Origin: Candidatus Poribacteria bacterium
GTDB lineage: Bacteria; Poribacteria; WGA-4E; WGA-3G
NCBI GenBank assembly: GCA_965217715.1
Contig: OZ244563.1
Span: forward strand, 405,116-469,115
DNA: 64,000 nt
Direction of reading: 5' to 3'
Positions 1 to 10,260 of this stretch are shown one piece after another. The notes beneath the pieces are model-generated. The model saw only the letters and a list, made by a program, of their open reading frames with translations, searched no databases and was not told the DNA's origin. The position numbers were made by a program, and so were the translations under genes. Every line of letters begins with the position of its first letter. The first letter of the stretch is position 1.

Positions 1-351
1 ATACCCATTCGGTTTCAGCACACGGCACATCTCAGCCACAACGCGGTGCGGGTCTCGGACATGCTCCAGCACCGCCTCAGAGATAACCGCATCAAAAACG
101 TTATCTGCAAACGGCAGAGAGTGTCCATCCGCCACAACATCCACAGCGGGGGTCTCCTCAATCTCAAGGTTAATCACATTCGGGGCACGGCGATGCATTC
201 CCGAACCCAGGTCTAAAACCTGTGCCTCTGGTCCCAGTTCTCGGAGAACTCGTTTAACAGCACGATTCCAACGCGGCGCTGGATACGGGCATCCCATCAG
301 AGGTGCTAACAATCTGTTTTGCCGTAATCGGCGTTTTATCCGTTCAACCAT
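1..351 (-). CDS. class I SAM-dependent methyltransferase (N-terminal part; 3' end runs off the window edge)
   Basis: Minus-strand ATG at 351 translates to MVERIKRRLRQNRLLAPLMG...VLDLGSGMHRRAPNVINLEIEE...ADGHSLPFADNVFDAVISEAVLEHVRDPHRVVAEMCRVLKPNGY. It has the LDLGSG motif I and a Methyltransf_11-like acidic loop plus 'VLEH...RVLKPNG' motifs. It is absent from the ORF track because it is truncated by the window start. Confidence 0.65.
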   Translation of the reverse strand, partial: MVERIKRRLRQNRLLAPLMGCPYPAPRWNRAVKRVLRELGPEAQVLDLGSGMHRRAPNVINLEIEETPAVDVVADGHSLPFADNVFDAVISEAVLEHVRDPHRVVAEMCRVLKPNGY

Positions 352-424
352 TTCTCTTGTTGGAGGGGTTTACAACCCCGATTTCTTGATTTGGCGTTGA
401 TTCGTAAATCCTGGTTCAGACTGC

Positions 425-455
425 AATAAAAAACGGGGTCAGAACTCTGACCCCG
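425..455 (-). terminator. rho-independent terminator downstream of the dsRBD gene
   Basis: On the minus strand a 9-bp GC-rich stem (CGGGGTCAG / CTGACCCCG, 5-nt loop) is followed by TTTTTT. It lies directly after the stop of the 470..1012 gene. Confidence 0.7.
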
Positions 456-469
456 CCATAGCCGATTAT

Positions 470-1012
470 TTAGACATCAGGTATATCAGGAAACTTTATA
501 TTCGCTTCATCCGCTGCCTGCGCTATATCTCTAACAATTAGCATCGTCAACTGCGCCAACTTCCGTGAAAATTCAGCATCAGAAAGCCCGCGGTATCGTG
601 ATGGTTGCGATGTACTGAGCCGTTCATTTGCAATCACCATTGCGCTTGTAACAAGCGGTAACGCAACATCAAGCGGTTCATCGGACGTTAGTATTTCAAC
701 CGGTTCGGGAAATATATCGTCTTCCGTATCAGTTTCACCCACCAACAAACGTTCACGGTTTTCAGAAATTGTATCAAGCACCTGTTTCGCAGCGAATTGG
801 TGAGCCCCTTTCTTCGCACCCGGTATCGGATCAACCGTTTCGTGAACCCGATCACCGTAGTAGACCGTTACCTTCCAACTCGGCGCGTCTGGTGTGCCGA
901 GTTGTATTTCAGTAAACCGTGGTTGGCTCAACCCGCGTTCTTGGCAATATTGAATTAAAAGTCCTTTATAGTTTCCATCAGGTTCGGCAACATCAACATC
1001 CCCAACAAGCAT
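470..1012 (-). CDS. double-stranded RNA-binding domain (dsRBD) protein
   Basis: The N-terminal 70 aa 'GNYKGLLIQYCQERGLSQPRFTEI...GDRVHETVDPIPGAKKGAHQFAAKQVLDTI' match the dsRBM alpha-beta-beta-beta-alpha pattern with its KK-x-A-x-x-AA helix. Start taken at the ATG at 1012; a TTG at 1018 is also possible. It sits immediately downstream of rpsU. Confidence 0.6.
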   Translation of the reverse strand: MLVGDVDVAEPDGNYKGLLIQYCQERGLSQPRFTEIQLGTPDAPSWKVTVYYGDRVHETVDPIPGAKKGAHQFAAKQVLDTISENRERLLVGETDTEDDIFPEPVEILTSDEPLDVALPLVTSAMVIANERLSTSQPSRYRGLSDAEFSRKLAQLTMLIVRDIAQAADEANIKFPDIPDV

Positions 1013-1036
1013 ATACAACTACCTCCCGGAGCAGCA

Positions 1037-1258
1037 CTATCTACCGTTATCGTAGCGTGGGCGATACTCCATCGTGCGCGGTTTCACTTTCCGCTGACGC
1101 TTCAACTCGATTCTGCGGCGTTTTTCGCTCGGTTTTTCATAAAAACTCCGCTTCTTAATTTCGGTGACAACACCCGCCTTACCACACATCTTTTTAAAAC
1201 GAGCGAGCGCCCTATCAAAGGATTCGCCTGAATCAACCGTAACTTCAACTTGAACCAT
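1037..1258 (-). CDS. rpsU: 30S ribosomal protein S21
   Basis: The 73-aa product MVQVEVTVDSGESFDRALARFKKMCGKAGVVTEIKKRSFYEKPSEKRRRIELKRQRK aligns with S21 over its full length (FD-AL-RFK...GV....R-FYEKP-E-RR). Confidence 0.9.
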   Translation of the reverse strand: MVQVEVTVDSGESFDRALARFKKMCGKAGVVTEIKKRSFYEKPSEKRRRIELKRQRKVKPRTMEYRPRYDNGR

Positions 1259-1349
1259 GTTTACAATCCTCCTTAGGTAAAATTACTATAGTAGTATATC
1301 ATATCTCAGCGTAGATGTCAACTTTTTTTGGCTATCAGTTCCCTCTTCC

Positions 1350-1414
1350 TGTAGGAGCGAGCTCCAGCTCGCGACCATGTCAAAATGTTGAGAAAAACAC
1401 GAATACTGAACTAC
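1350..1414. repeat. variant copy of the palindromic repeat arm (GCGAGCT/AGCTCGC hairpin) plus a conserved 40-bp tail; second copy at 22342..22405
   Basis: TGTAGGAGCGAGCTCCAGCTCGCGACCATGTCAAAATGTTGAGAAAAACACGAATACTGAACTAC is about 85% identical to 22342..22405. The hairpin stem differs by compensatory changes (GCGAGCT..AGCTCGC versus GCGACC..GGTCGC). Confidence 0.7.
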
Positions 1415-1436
1415 TTTTGGCTATCAGTTCTATTCT

Positions 1437-1560
1437 TGTGGGAGGGGTTCTCTATTGTGGGAGGGGTTCTCTATTGTGGGAGGGGTTCTCTATTGTGGGA
1501 GGGGTTCTCTATTGTGGGAGGGGTTCTCTATTGTGGGAGGGTTCTCTATTGTGGGAGGGG
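1437..1560. repeat. tandem repeat, 20-bp unit TTGTGGGAGGGGTTCTCTAT in about 6 copies, ending in a GGGGTTTGTAACCCC hairpin
   Basis: Read directly in the sequence. The last unit degenerates into 'gggaggggtttgtaaccccgattt', a motif also present at 359..385 and 62624..62650. The flanking 'ttttggctatcagttc' is duplicated at 1324 and 1418. Confidence 0.85.
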
Positions 1561-1584
1561 TTTGTAACCCCGATTTACCAACAA

Positions 1585-1620
1585 CGTGTTTGTAGTCGCG
1601 CAATTCATTGCGCCTCTTAT
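1585..1620 (+). repeat. family-2 hairpin repeat GTTTGTAGTCGCGCAATTCATTGCGCCTCTTA
   Basis: It has a GCGCAAT-TC-ATTGCGC 7-bp stem. Related copies sit at 11741, 32971, 44115 and 63583, all in the same orientation. Confidence 0.75.
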
Positions 1621-1768
1621 ATTTTCCGGGCGTACTCCATAGGTTGGGTGAGCGAAACCCAACTCTTCTTGCAGTTAACGCATTGTAGTTCCAACAACTG
1701 ATAACCGACTGCCAATTCCACCTTGACAAAACCGACAAATTTCGCTATCATAAACCGCACAATAACCG

Positions 1769-2563
1769 TTGAACCCTATCAGGAGAAACCTTATCTACGA
1801 AATAATTATCTTATGTTTTGGGACATGGTTAACAGGCGTAAGCAAAGCAGGATTCGGTGGCGGCATCGGCATGATAGTTGTTCCTCTCTTCGCCCAGTTC
1901 CGTCCCATCCGATATGTTCTCGGTTTAATGCTTCCGTTACTCTTCTCAACAGATGTTTTTTCATTGGGGCCCTATTGGAAGCAGTGGCACCGCCAAAACA
2001 TCTGGCAACTTGTACCGAGTGCCATCATCGGCATCGCTTTCGGGAGTTTCATCTTAAAAGACATATCAGATGTCCATCTAAAGAAAGTCATTGGAGGTAT
2101 TGTCTGCCTATTTGCCATATTGGAATTTCTTAGACCCCGAATAACGCAGCGCCTAAACCCAGATGCTGCGGACAAAGAACCTGTTATACGTTTCAAAACG
2201 TGGCATGGCGTGCTTGCAGGTACCGTTGCAGGTATATTTTCAACACTTGCGCACATGGCGGGACCGATCATCGTCATGTATCTTTTACCACAGAGGTTAG
2301 GTAACCGAACGTTCGTTGCCACAACAACTGTGCTTTACTTCTTCATCAATATGGTTAAGTTTCCGTTCTATTACCAACTTGGGCTCTTTTCACCCGAAAT
2401 CATCATAGAAGCTTTAGTCCTTCTGCCGTTTATTGGACTCGGCGTACAGGTCGGTGTTCATCTGAACAAACGATTTCCAGAGCGAATCTTTTCCAGAATC
2501 GTGTTAATTATGCTGTTCGCAACCGGTATACATCTATTATTTTTTACTTCAGGAGTGCACTGA
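1769..2563 (+). CDS. TSUP/TauE-SafE family (DUF81) membrane permease
   Basis: Polytopic membrane protein with 'AGFGGGIGMIVVPLF' and a second 'AGTVAGIFSTLAHMAGPIIVMYLL' glycine-rich half-repeat typical of TauE/SafE. The ORF-track start is a TTG, so the true start is uncertain. Confidence 0.7.
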   Translation: MNPIRRNLIYEIIILCFGTWLTGVSKAGFGGGIGMIVVPLFAQFRPIRYVLGLMLPLLFSTDVFSLGPYWKQWHRQNIWQLVPSAIIGIAFGSFILKDISDVHLKKVIGGIVCLFAILEFLRPRITQRLNPDAADKEPVIRFKTWHGVLAGTVAGIFSTLAHMAGPIIVMYLLPQRLGNRTFVATTTVLYFFINMVKFPFYYQLGLFSPEIIIEALVLLPFIGLGVQVGVHLNKRFPERIFSRIVLIMLFATGIHLLFFTSGVH

Positions 2564-2586
2564 ATAGTTTTCAATAGCAAGTTCAA

Positions 2587-3078
2587 TTAATCTATCTCAC
2601 CTGCTTCTTGTAAGACTTTATTGATGAGCGATTCACTCAGACGTATGCCGTTAGCCTGCAACTGAATTAAAAGTGGTTTAATAGCAACAATCAAACCCTC
2701 TTCCTTTGCCTCCAGCAAAACACCTAATGTGCCCTTGACCTTTAATCCAATTTTTGTGGCTTTCTGTCTTCCCTTATTTTCATCAAGAATAACAAGCCGT
2801 GCATCATGTTCAACTGCAAGCGCGAAAACTTCGGCTTCTCCAGCGTCAATACCTTGATAAATTGTAGCACTTTGGGAATTTGTCACATCTACAACTTTAA
2901 TCCACGGTGCTTTATTGAGTACTTCCCGATAGAATGTTTCATCTACTACTAAAAACTCTTTTTCAACTTCTCTTGGAATCCACACCTCGGTGTAGAGATC
3001 TCGTAATAACGGAAGGCAATTGAGCCCCAAAAGTCCAATAAGCGGACTCGTATTGCTAATAACTGGTTGTATCGGCAT
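2587..3078 (-). CDS. PIN-like nuclease domain protein (DUF3368-type), putative toxin
   Basis: The N-terminal 'VISNTSPLIGLLGLNCLPLLRDLYTEVWIPREVEKE' matches the DUF3368/PIN signature (SNTSPLI-L, IP-AV-EE). Its start lies 2 nt after the stop of the upstream UPF0175-like gene. Confidence 0.65.
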   Translation of the reverse strand: MPIQPVISNTSPLIGLLGLNCLPLLRDLYTEVWIPREVEKEFLVVDETFYREVLNKAPWIKVVDVTNSQSATIYQGIDAGEAEVFALAVEHDARLVILDENKGRQKATKIGLKVKGTLGVLLEAKEEGLIVAIKPLLIQLQANGIRLSESLINKVLQEAGEID

Positions 3079-3080
3079 TC

Positions 3081-3998
3081 TTAAAATCTGCTATTGATGA
3101 GCTCTTCTTCATTAACATACAATGGAGAGAGTCCATAATCCCCCATCAGCAATATGAATTCAACGCGTGGCACCCTCGCAAGGCGGGCTGCGAGTCCACT
3201 GCTGAGTACATCTTCTCCGTAGTACTTCATGCCCAATGCTATCCGCGACTCTTTATCAATTTCAAACGGCTCACTTCGTGGTGTCAATAATGCTACAATC
3301 TCTTTTGGCAAACGATCCTTTATTTTCTGTTCAAAGGCATCTATGCTCCCGTAGGTATTGTGAAACACACCTGCGACATCTACGTCTTGTAGGAGTGCAG
3401 CTGTCAGGTCGGTTTTCGCTTCTTCCCAACCTTTCACAAGCAACCACGCTTCACCCCGTGTGTAATAGTATTCGGCAACCTTCGGTCTGAGTTTTAGTAC
3501 TTCAGTATAATCGTTGATGGCTTTTTCAAACTCGCCCTTGGCTGCGTAAGTGGTGCCTCGATTGTAATATGCCTCAACATAATCGGGGTTGAGTTGTATT
3601 GCTTTATCAAAGTTTTCTATGGCGTTATCAAAATCGTCTTTATTGGCGTAAGCAAATCCGAGACCGTTGTAAGCATTGGCATAATCAGGTTTGAGTTGTA
3701 TCGTCTTATTGAAGTTCTTGATAGTGTTGTCGAAATCGCCTTTGCGAGCGTAAGTGATGCCTCGATTGTAATAGGCATTGGTAAACTTTGGAACCAGTGC
3801 GATCGCATTGTTAAACTGTACGATTCCCTCGTCATATTTTCCTTTTTCACAATAAGCAATGCCACGTTTGTAGTACGCAGCCGCTTCATCATTGATGGTA
3901 GTTGCTGTCTTTATATACTCCCCAATGGCCATGTTAGACTTACCTATATGGTTGTATCCAGCACTGGTAGCAGAAAGATCCAAGTTCGGTTGTCGCAT
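3081..3998 (-). CDS. TPR-repeat protein with C-terminal UPF0175-like (antitoxin-type) domain
   Basis: About 7 TPR units (AYYNRGIAYCEKGKYDEGI.., AYYNRGITYARKGDFDN.., AYNGLGFAYANKDDFDNAIENF.. and so on). The last ~55 aa 'ESRIALGMKYYGEDVLSSGLAARLARVPRVEFILLMGDYGLSPLYVNEEELINSRF' follow the UPF0175 pattern (LAL-LY--G-LSLGKAAELAG-S--EF---L---GI-----EEEL). Start taken at ATG 3998; a GTG at 4001 is also possible. Confidence 0.6.
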   Translation of the reverse strand: MRQPNLDLSATSAGYNHIGKSNMAIGEYIKTATTINDEAAAYYKRGIAYCEKGKYDEGIVQFNNAIALVPKFTNAYYNRGITYARKGDFDNTIKNFNKTIQLKPDYANAYNGLGFAYANKDDFDNAIENFDKAIQLNPDYVEAYYNRGTTYAAKGEFEKAINDYTEVLKLRPKVAEYYYTRGEAWLLVKGWEEAKTDLTAALLQDVDVAGVFHNTYGSIDAFEQKIKDRLPKEIVALLTPRSEPFEIDKESRIALGMKYYGEDVLSSGLAARLARVPRVEFILLMGDYGLSPLYVNEEELINSRF

Positions 3999-4106
3999 CA
4001 CTTTTCACCCGCACAATGTGAGTTGTTTGAAGGTAATAATAACATGCAAGATTAGTAGATATCAACCGAAATTCCTATTTCACCCTCAAACTTTCGCCTT
4101 CCGCAA

Positions 4107-4170
4107 CCGCGATTCAGACAAACCCCAAAATCCGCGATTCAGACAACAATCCTGAAAATCCTGGTTCAGA
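4107..4170. repeat. short direct repeats CCGCGATTCAGACAA (x2) plus AATCCTGGTTCAGAC (also at 406..421)
   Basis: Seen directly. They lie in the shared upstream region of the divergent TPR gene and the oxidoreductase gene, so they could be operator sites. Confidence 0.5.
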
Positions 4171-4322
4171 CAGGTAGATATCCACAGTTCCCTTGATTTC
4201 ATTTGAAGAATATGATATGTTATTTATCAATGTGAAAGCTTGCACAATCTATACATGTTGGAGTTGCTGTAAGGTACACAAGAAGAATGAATTGAGCGAT
4301 TAAAACACAAGGAGTAACATAA

Positions 4323-5303
4323 ATGACATTAAAATGGGGTGTCCTCGGAGCAGGCAGCGTCGCGCAACGCCGAGCGATGCCCGCCATCCAAAAAGCAACA
4401 GGGGCAGAACTGCATGCCCTCTTCTCCAGAGACGCAGCACGCGCCAAACGACTCGCAGTAGAACATAATGCTACAACATCATACAGCAGCGTTGACGATC
4501 TACTCACCGATACGGACCTTGATGCTATCTACGTCTCAACACCGGTTAATCTTCACTGTGAGCAGGTTATCGCCGCTGCAGAACAAGGATTACATGTTCT
4601 TTGTGACAAGCCGATGGCACTCACACCGCAGGAATGCGAACAGATGATTGATGCCTGCAATGCAAACAACGTGCATCTGCAGGTCTGCTTCCTCTTCCGA
4701 TTCCACTCCTGCTTTCAACAGATTAGAGCATGGGTCAAAGAAAACCGTCTCGGACAGATAGTACACGGCAGGATGCCGTTCCTAAAAAAATATCTATTGA
4801 CAGCGGACGAATGGCGCGCACAACCCGATAAAGGTGGGGGCGGATGTCTAATGGACTTAGGACCGCATAGTGTTGATCTGCTACGTTATCTCGTCGGTGA
4901 AGTCACGGAAGTATCCGCATTTTGCAACAGCACAATCCACAATTACCAAGTTGAAGAAACTGGTGGTATCCTGATGCGGTTTGAGAACGGTGCACAAGGA
5001 TTCACCGATCTTAGTTTCTCTGTCGCACAATGTGATATTGTCCTTGAACTCTATGGCACAGAAAACACCGTATCTGTTATAAACGATGATGGTTGGAAAA
5101 TCCATACATATTTTGATGGTGAAAAGCGAGTCACCACATCTCAATACGAGGATTTGTATCAACACCAATTTGAACACTTTGCTGAATGCGTAGCAACAAG
5201 TATTGCACCGATTGCCAGCGGCAACGATGGTTTAAAGGCAAATATCATCCTATCCGCAGCATACCAATCTGCCCGAACCGGACAAGTTACCCAATGTGCA
5301 TAA
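4323..5303 (+). CDS. Gfo/Idh/MocA family NAD(P)-dependent oxidoreductase
   Basis: N-terminal Rossmann segment 'LKWGVLGAGSVAQRRAMPAI' and 'IYVSTPVNLHCEQVIAAAEQGLHVLCDKPMAL' are typical of Gfo/Idh/MocA. An AAGGAG RBS sits 8 nt upstream. Confidence 0.8.
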   Translation: MTLKWGVLGAGSVAQRRAMPAIQKATGAELHALFSRDAARAKRLAVEHNATTSYSSVDDLLTDTDLDAIYVSTPVNLHCEQVIAAAEQGLHVLCDKPMALTPQECEQMIDACNANNVHLQVCFLFRFHSCFQQIRAWVKENRLGQIVHGRMPFLKKYLLTADEWRAQPDKGGGGCLMDLGPHSVDLLRYLVGEVTEVSAFCNSTIHNYQVEETGGILMRFENGAQGFTDLSFSVAQCDIVLELYGTENTVSVINDDGWKIHTYFDGEKRVTTSQYEDLYQHQFEHFAECVATSIAPIASGNDGLKANIILSAAYQSARTGQVTQCA

Positions 5304-5458
5304 AGATAGAATACCATAGACACACCTATTTATAACTATGTCAAAATGACACACTTTTCGCGCAACTTTAAAAAATTATGGACAAATTGTCACGATTCTA
5401 TACACGTCAAAACACCACGATACCTCGCCAATAGTGAGTACATCTATATTCCGAGAAT

Positions 5459-5474
5459 TGGCACATATCTTGCT
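5459..5474 (+). promoter_or_regulatory. sigma-54-type (-24/-12) promoter candidate upstream of groES
   Basis: TGGCAC-atatc-TTGCT matches the full RpoN consensus TGGCAC-N5-TTGCW. It lies about 95 nt upstream of the groES ATG. No CIRCE (TTAGCACTC-N9-GAGTGCTAA) element is present. Confidence 0.4.
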
Positions 5475-5567
5475 ATAGTTAATAACGTATATAATTATTT
5501 AGTCGGGTTTACAAAAATCAAACAAAACCCGTAATACGTTAATAACCCATTAGGAGGAATTTTAGAT

Positions 5568-5858
5568 ATGGCACTCGTACCTCTTGGCGATCGAATCCTC
5601 GTCAAACGTTCCGAAGACGATGAACAGAAAACCAGTGGCGGGATTATCATCCCAGACACCGCCAAAGAAAAGCCTCAAGAAGGCGAAGTTGTTGCGGTCG
5701 GCAAAGGCCGTATACTTGATAGCGGCGAACGGCAGGCTGTTGATGTTGAAGTCGGCGACAAAGTCTTGTTCGCAAAATATGGCGGAACAGAAGTAACCTA
5801 CGATAATATTGAATTTCTCATCTTGCGCGAAGATGATATCTTAGCCAAGGTTAACTAA
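5568..5858 (+). CDS. groES: co-chaperonin GroES
   Basis: The 96-aa product [45 protein letters not shown].. matches Cpn10 over its full length. AGGAGG RBS. Confidence 0.95.
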   Translation: MALVPLGDRILVKRSEDDEQKTSGGIIIPDTAKEKPQEGEVVAVGKGRILDSGERQAVDVEVGDKVLFAKYGGTEVTYDNIEFLILREDDILAKVN

Positions 5859-5866
5859 ATAAGTAA

Positions 5867-7504
<1,638 letters not shown>

Positions 7505-7589
7505 TCCAATAGATTCTCTCATAAATAGTAAGCAGGTTCAACCTGTGGGTAGGGTTTATGAGAAAAATCTATTTATAGAAAACGGGCGG

Positions 7590-7844
7590 ATGTTCAATCT
7601 GCCCGATTTCTTTTTACTAAGTCCGAAGGAAGTATTTGAAAACTACCAACGAGAAGTGAAACCGCATGTGTCGGATTGTTGGTTAGACAGCAAGAAAAAT
7701 AGGGTAGATTACGAGATCAACTTCAATCGGTATTTCTACCAGTACACGCCGCTGCGCTCACTGAAGGAGATTGCTGATGAAATACTGGCACTGGAACGGA
7801 AAAGTGAAGGCTTGCTGAATCAGGTTTTGGAGAAAGCGATATGA
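7590..7844 (+). pseudogene. hsdM: remnant 3' end of type I restriction-modification methylase gene hsdM
   Basis: '..PHVSDCWLDSKKNRVDYEINFNRYFYQYTPLRSLKEIADEILALERKSEGLLNQVLE' is the conserved HsdM C-terminus (GYEInFnRyFY, P-R-LeEI). No upstream methyltransferase body exists, since groEL ends at 7504. The stop overlaps the hsdS start (ATGA at 7841). Confidence 0.7.
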
Positions 7845-8826
7845 GTTTATGGCGTAACATAACTATCGGTAATTTGGGAGAAATTATCACAGGCTATACT
7901 CCACCAACAAAAAACACAGAGTATTTTGGTGATAAATATCCATTCATTACCCCGACTGACATAAAGTTAGATTCACGAATCGTTCACACAGAACGCTTTT
8001 TGTCTCAGAAAGGTTATGAGTAAAATAAAAATCGCTTACTTCCTTCAAATTCTGTTTGTGTTACTTGTATTGCAAGCATCGGTAAGATTTGCATGACAAC
8101 CGTTCCCAGCGTAACGAATCAACAAATTAACAGCGTTGTAGTGAATCAAGACAAATACGACCCATCCTTTGTCTATTATCTCCTTATAAACCAAACAGAT
8201 GTAATTCAAAGCGTAGCAAATAGTGCAACAACTCCTATTGTAAATAAATCAACCTTCGCGAGTATCAATGTTTGTGTTCCTCCACTTCCCACACAAACCC
8301 AAATCGCCAACTTCCTTGACCGCAAAACAGAACAGATTGACGAACTCATCCGCATCAAAGAAAGACAGATAGAACTGCTGCAGGAACAACGGACCGCACT
8401 GATAAATCAGGCAGTAACAAAGGGGCTTGACCCGAATGTGGAGATGAAACCGTCGGGCGTGGAGTGGATTGGGGAGATACCAAGACATTGGGAAGTCAAT
8501 AGACTCAAATACGTTGCAAAGATACTACCAAGTAATGTTGATAAACACATTTATCCAGATGAGATCCAGGTCAGGTTATGCAATTATACAGATGTTTATT
8601 ACAACGACTATATTACAGTTGATACCGTTTTGGAAAAGGGTAGTTGTAAAGAACGTGAGTTTACGAAATTTGCTTTGAAGAAAGGTGATGTTATAATTAC
8701 CAAAGATTCTGAGACTCCAGATGATATTGGTGTTCCAACATTTGTCAAAGACAATTTGGACAATGTTGTCTGTGGTTATCATTTGACAATGATTAGACCT
8801 TATGCTTGTCGTGGTGAGTTTGTTTT
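7841..8826 (+). pseudogene. hsdS: disrupted type I RM specificity subunit gene hsdS (nonsense/frameshift at 8023 and IS insertion at ~8827)
   Basis: The fragment 7841..8023 'MSLWRNITIGNLGEIITGYTPPTKNTEYFGDKYPFITPTDI' is an HsdS N-terminus (TRD1). The fragment 8093.. carries the central conserved 'PLPTQTQIANFLDRKTEQIDELIRIKERQIELLQEQRTALINQAVTKG' region and TRD2, then reads into the IS. No HsdS C-terminal repeat or hsdR is found downstream. Confidence 0.75.
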
Positions 8827-8844
8827 TATACCAATTCTAATAAA

Positions 8845-9492
8845 TTATATCTCATTTGCGACTTTCGTTAAATAACGATAATTTGTTATACTTTCAATAG
8901 TGGTTTTAGTGTAATTTCTTAATATATCGGTCAGTTTGTCCTGCATCTCTTCTATTGAAGCAAACACATTTTGAAACAACTTTGCTTTGATGTCTTGCCA
9001 TAGTCTTTCAATAGGGTTCAACTCCGGACTATAAGGTGGCAGAAAAAGTAAGACCACATTGTCAGGGATTTGCAGTGATTTCGCTTGATGAAAACGCCCA
9101 TTATCAAGCACAAGGATATTCAGAGACGCAGGATAAACCTTAGCAAACTCATCAAGAAATATTTGGAAACAGGCACTATTGAGCCAGGGCATTTCAAGGA
9201 AAAAACTTTCTCCCGTTATTGGTTCCACAGCACCATATAGATAAAAGTTCTCATAAGTATAACTGATTTTGGCAATCGGTTTGACACCGGGCAAGGTAAT
9301 ACACCGATATGAAAAAGGATGAAGACCAAATCTTGACTCATCTTCGCAAAAAAGGCGGACATTTTCAAACGCACAATCTTTCTCCGAAATCGCTGTCTTG
9401 ACTGTTTCAGGGAAGTCTAACTTGAACGTCTCACACGCTTTTTCGTTTTTTTTATATGGCTCTTGCGGGGCACTTTGAGTTTTGCTTTCCAT
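8845..9492 (-). CDS. IS630-family transposase, DDE catalytic part (orfB)
   Basis: DDE_3-like 'LNILVLDNGRFHQAK...LLFLPPYSPELNPIERLWQDIK' is a DD(34)E signature. It overlaps orfA by 76 nt in another frame, consistent with programmed frameshifting. Confidence 0.8.
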   Translation of the reverse strand: MESKTQSAPQEPYKKNEKACETFKLDFPETVKTAISEKDCAFENVRLFCEDESRFGLHPFSYRCITLPGVKPIAKISYTYENFYLYGAVEPITGESFFLEMPWLNSACFQIFLDEFAKVYPASLNILVLDNGRFHQAKSLQIPDNVVLLFLPPYSPELNPIERLWQDIKAKLFQNVFASIEEMQDKLTDILRNYTKTTIESITNYRYLTKVANEI

Positions 9493-9914
9493 CTATACCG
9501 AACCAACGCGTGAACTGCTTTATAGTTCATTTTGACATCAAAAGTTTCTTCAATATAATCTATTATCTGTTGATAACTGGAAAAACCCTCAGGTTTATTG
9601 AGTTCTGCTCGCAACATTTCTTGTTGTGCTTCGGTAAGCTGAGCTGGACGCCCGGGAGAATATTTCCGTGTCAAAAGCGCATCAAGTCCATCAGAGGCAT
9701 AAGTTTGAAACCAATGACCAATCGTTTTCCGATCAACACCTATCATCGACGCGATTTGCTTGCGAGTTAGAGCCTGACCGCTGCGAAATAGTAAAAGGGC
9801 TGTCAACCTTTGTTTTTGATAACCTATGGATGTTTTTCTCAACATTTTTTTCAACTCGGCAACACTTTCTGTTATCTGTGCGGGTTTTAACTTCATTGAT
9901 ACTAATCCTATCAA
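9417..9914 (-). CDS. IS630-family transposase, N-terminal HTH part (orfA)
   Basis: 'LTRKQIASMIGVDRKTIGHWFQTYASDGLDAL' is a helix-turn-helix, with a second winged-helix segment after it, as in IS630 orfA. Confidence 0.75.
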   Translation of the reverse strand: MIGLVSMKLKPAQITESVAELKKMLRKTSIGYQKQRLTALLLFRSGQALTRKQIASMIGVDRKTIGHWFQTYASDGLDALLTRKYSPGRPAQLTEAQQEMLRAELNKPEGFSSYQQIIDYIEETFDVKMNYKAVHALVRYRWKAKLKVPRKSHIKKTKKRVRRSS

Positions 9915-10085
9915 CTATAAATTTGTGATAAAATATAGCAGAAAAGAAAAAATATTAAAAGCGAAAATATTAAATAGAAATGGTATAACTATAGTTTGGA
10001 CAATTTCTTTCTGTTTCCTGTTGAGTCCTCAAGCATTCTTAATTTTCTTTGAGTTTTGTCCGGCATCGTAACTCGTAGAAAAACA

Positions 10086-10260
10086 TATTGAGCAGCCCCA
10101 GCGGGGCGGAATGTTTATAGCAATGGTGAACAATCCATATTGAGCCCCAGCGGGGCGAAATGTGTCTAAAATAGAGTTTCTTCCAATCACACAACTCGTG
10201 TTCACATACCACCCCTACGGGGTTCAAGAGGGCGTTTCCTCATATCTATAAACATATCGT
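10086..10260. repeat. family-3 composite repeat with ATGTTTATAG / CTATAAACAT inverted termini and GC hairpins (GCCCCAGCGGGGC x2, CCCCTACGGGG, GTCCCTACGGGAC)
   Basis: Direct repeat 'catattgagc(ag)ccccagcggggcg(g)aatgt' x2. A related copy at 36540..36700 has 'ggcggtatgtttatagcaaacggtg' and '...ctataaacatatcgttcctacggaactcaagag'. Confidence 0.65.

Larger units (their letters stand above)
8827..9987 (-). mobile_element. IS630/Tc1-mariner family insertion sequence (~1.16 kb) inserted in hsdS
   Basis: Imperfect terminal inverted repeats TATACCAATTCTAATAAATTATAT... at 8827 and ...TGGTATA at 9981..9987, each flanked by TA. It carries two overlapping transposase ORFs. Boundaries are approximate (about +/-5 bp). 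Confidence 0.7.

Noticed and set aside
1315-1701. ORFs 1315..1701, 1385..1567 and 1490..1738 (Gly/Trp-rich 'proteins')
   Set aside because: They are translations of the 20-bp tandem repeat and the palindromic element in three overlapping frames. There is no RBS, and the amino-acid repeats just mirror the nucleotide periodicity.
5400-5567. Expected CIRCE/HrcA operator upstream of groES
   Set aside because: No TTAGCACTC-N9-GAGTGCTAA-like inverted repeat is present. The sigma-54-like box was reported instead.
9988-10080. Continuation of hsdS (C-terminal repeat) or an hsdR gene after the IS630 element
   Set aside because: None of the three forward frames downstream of the IS encodes HsdS-like sequence. 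The region is occupied by family-3 repeats.
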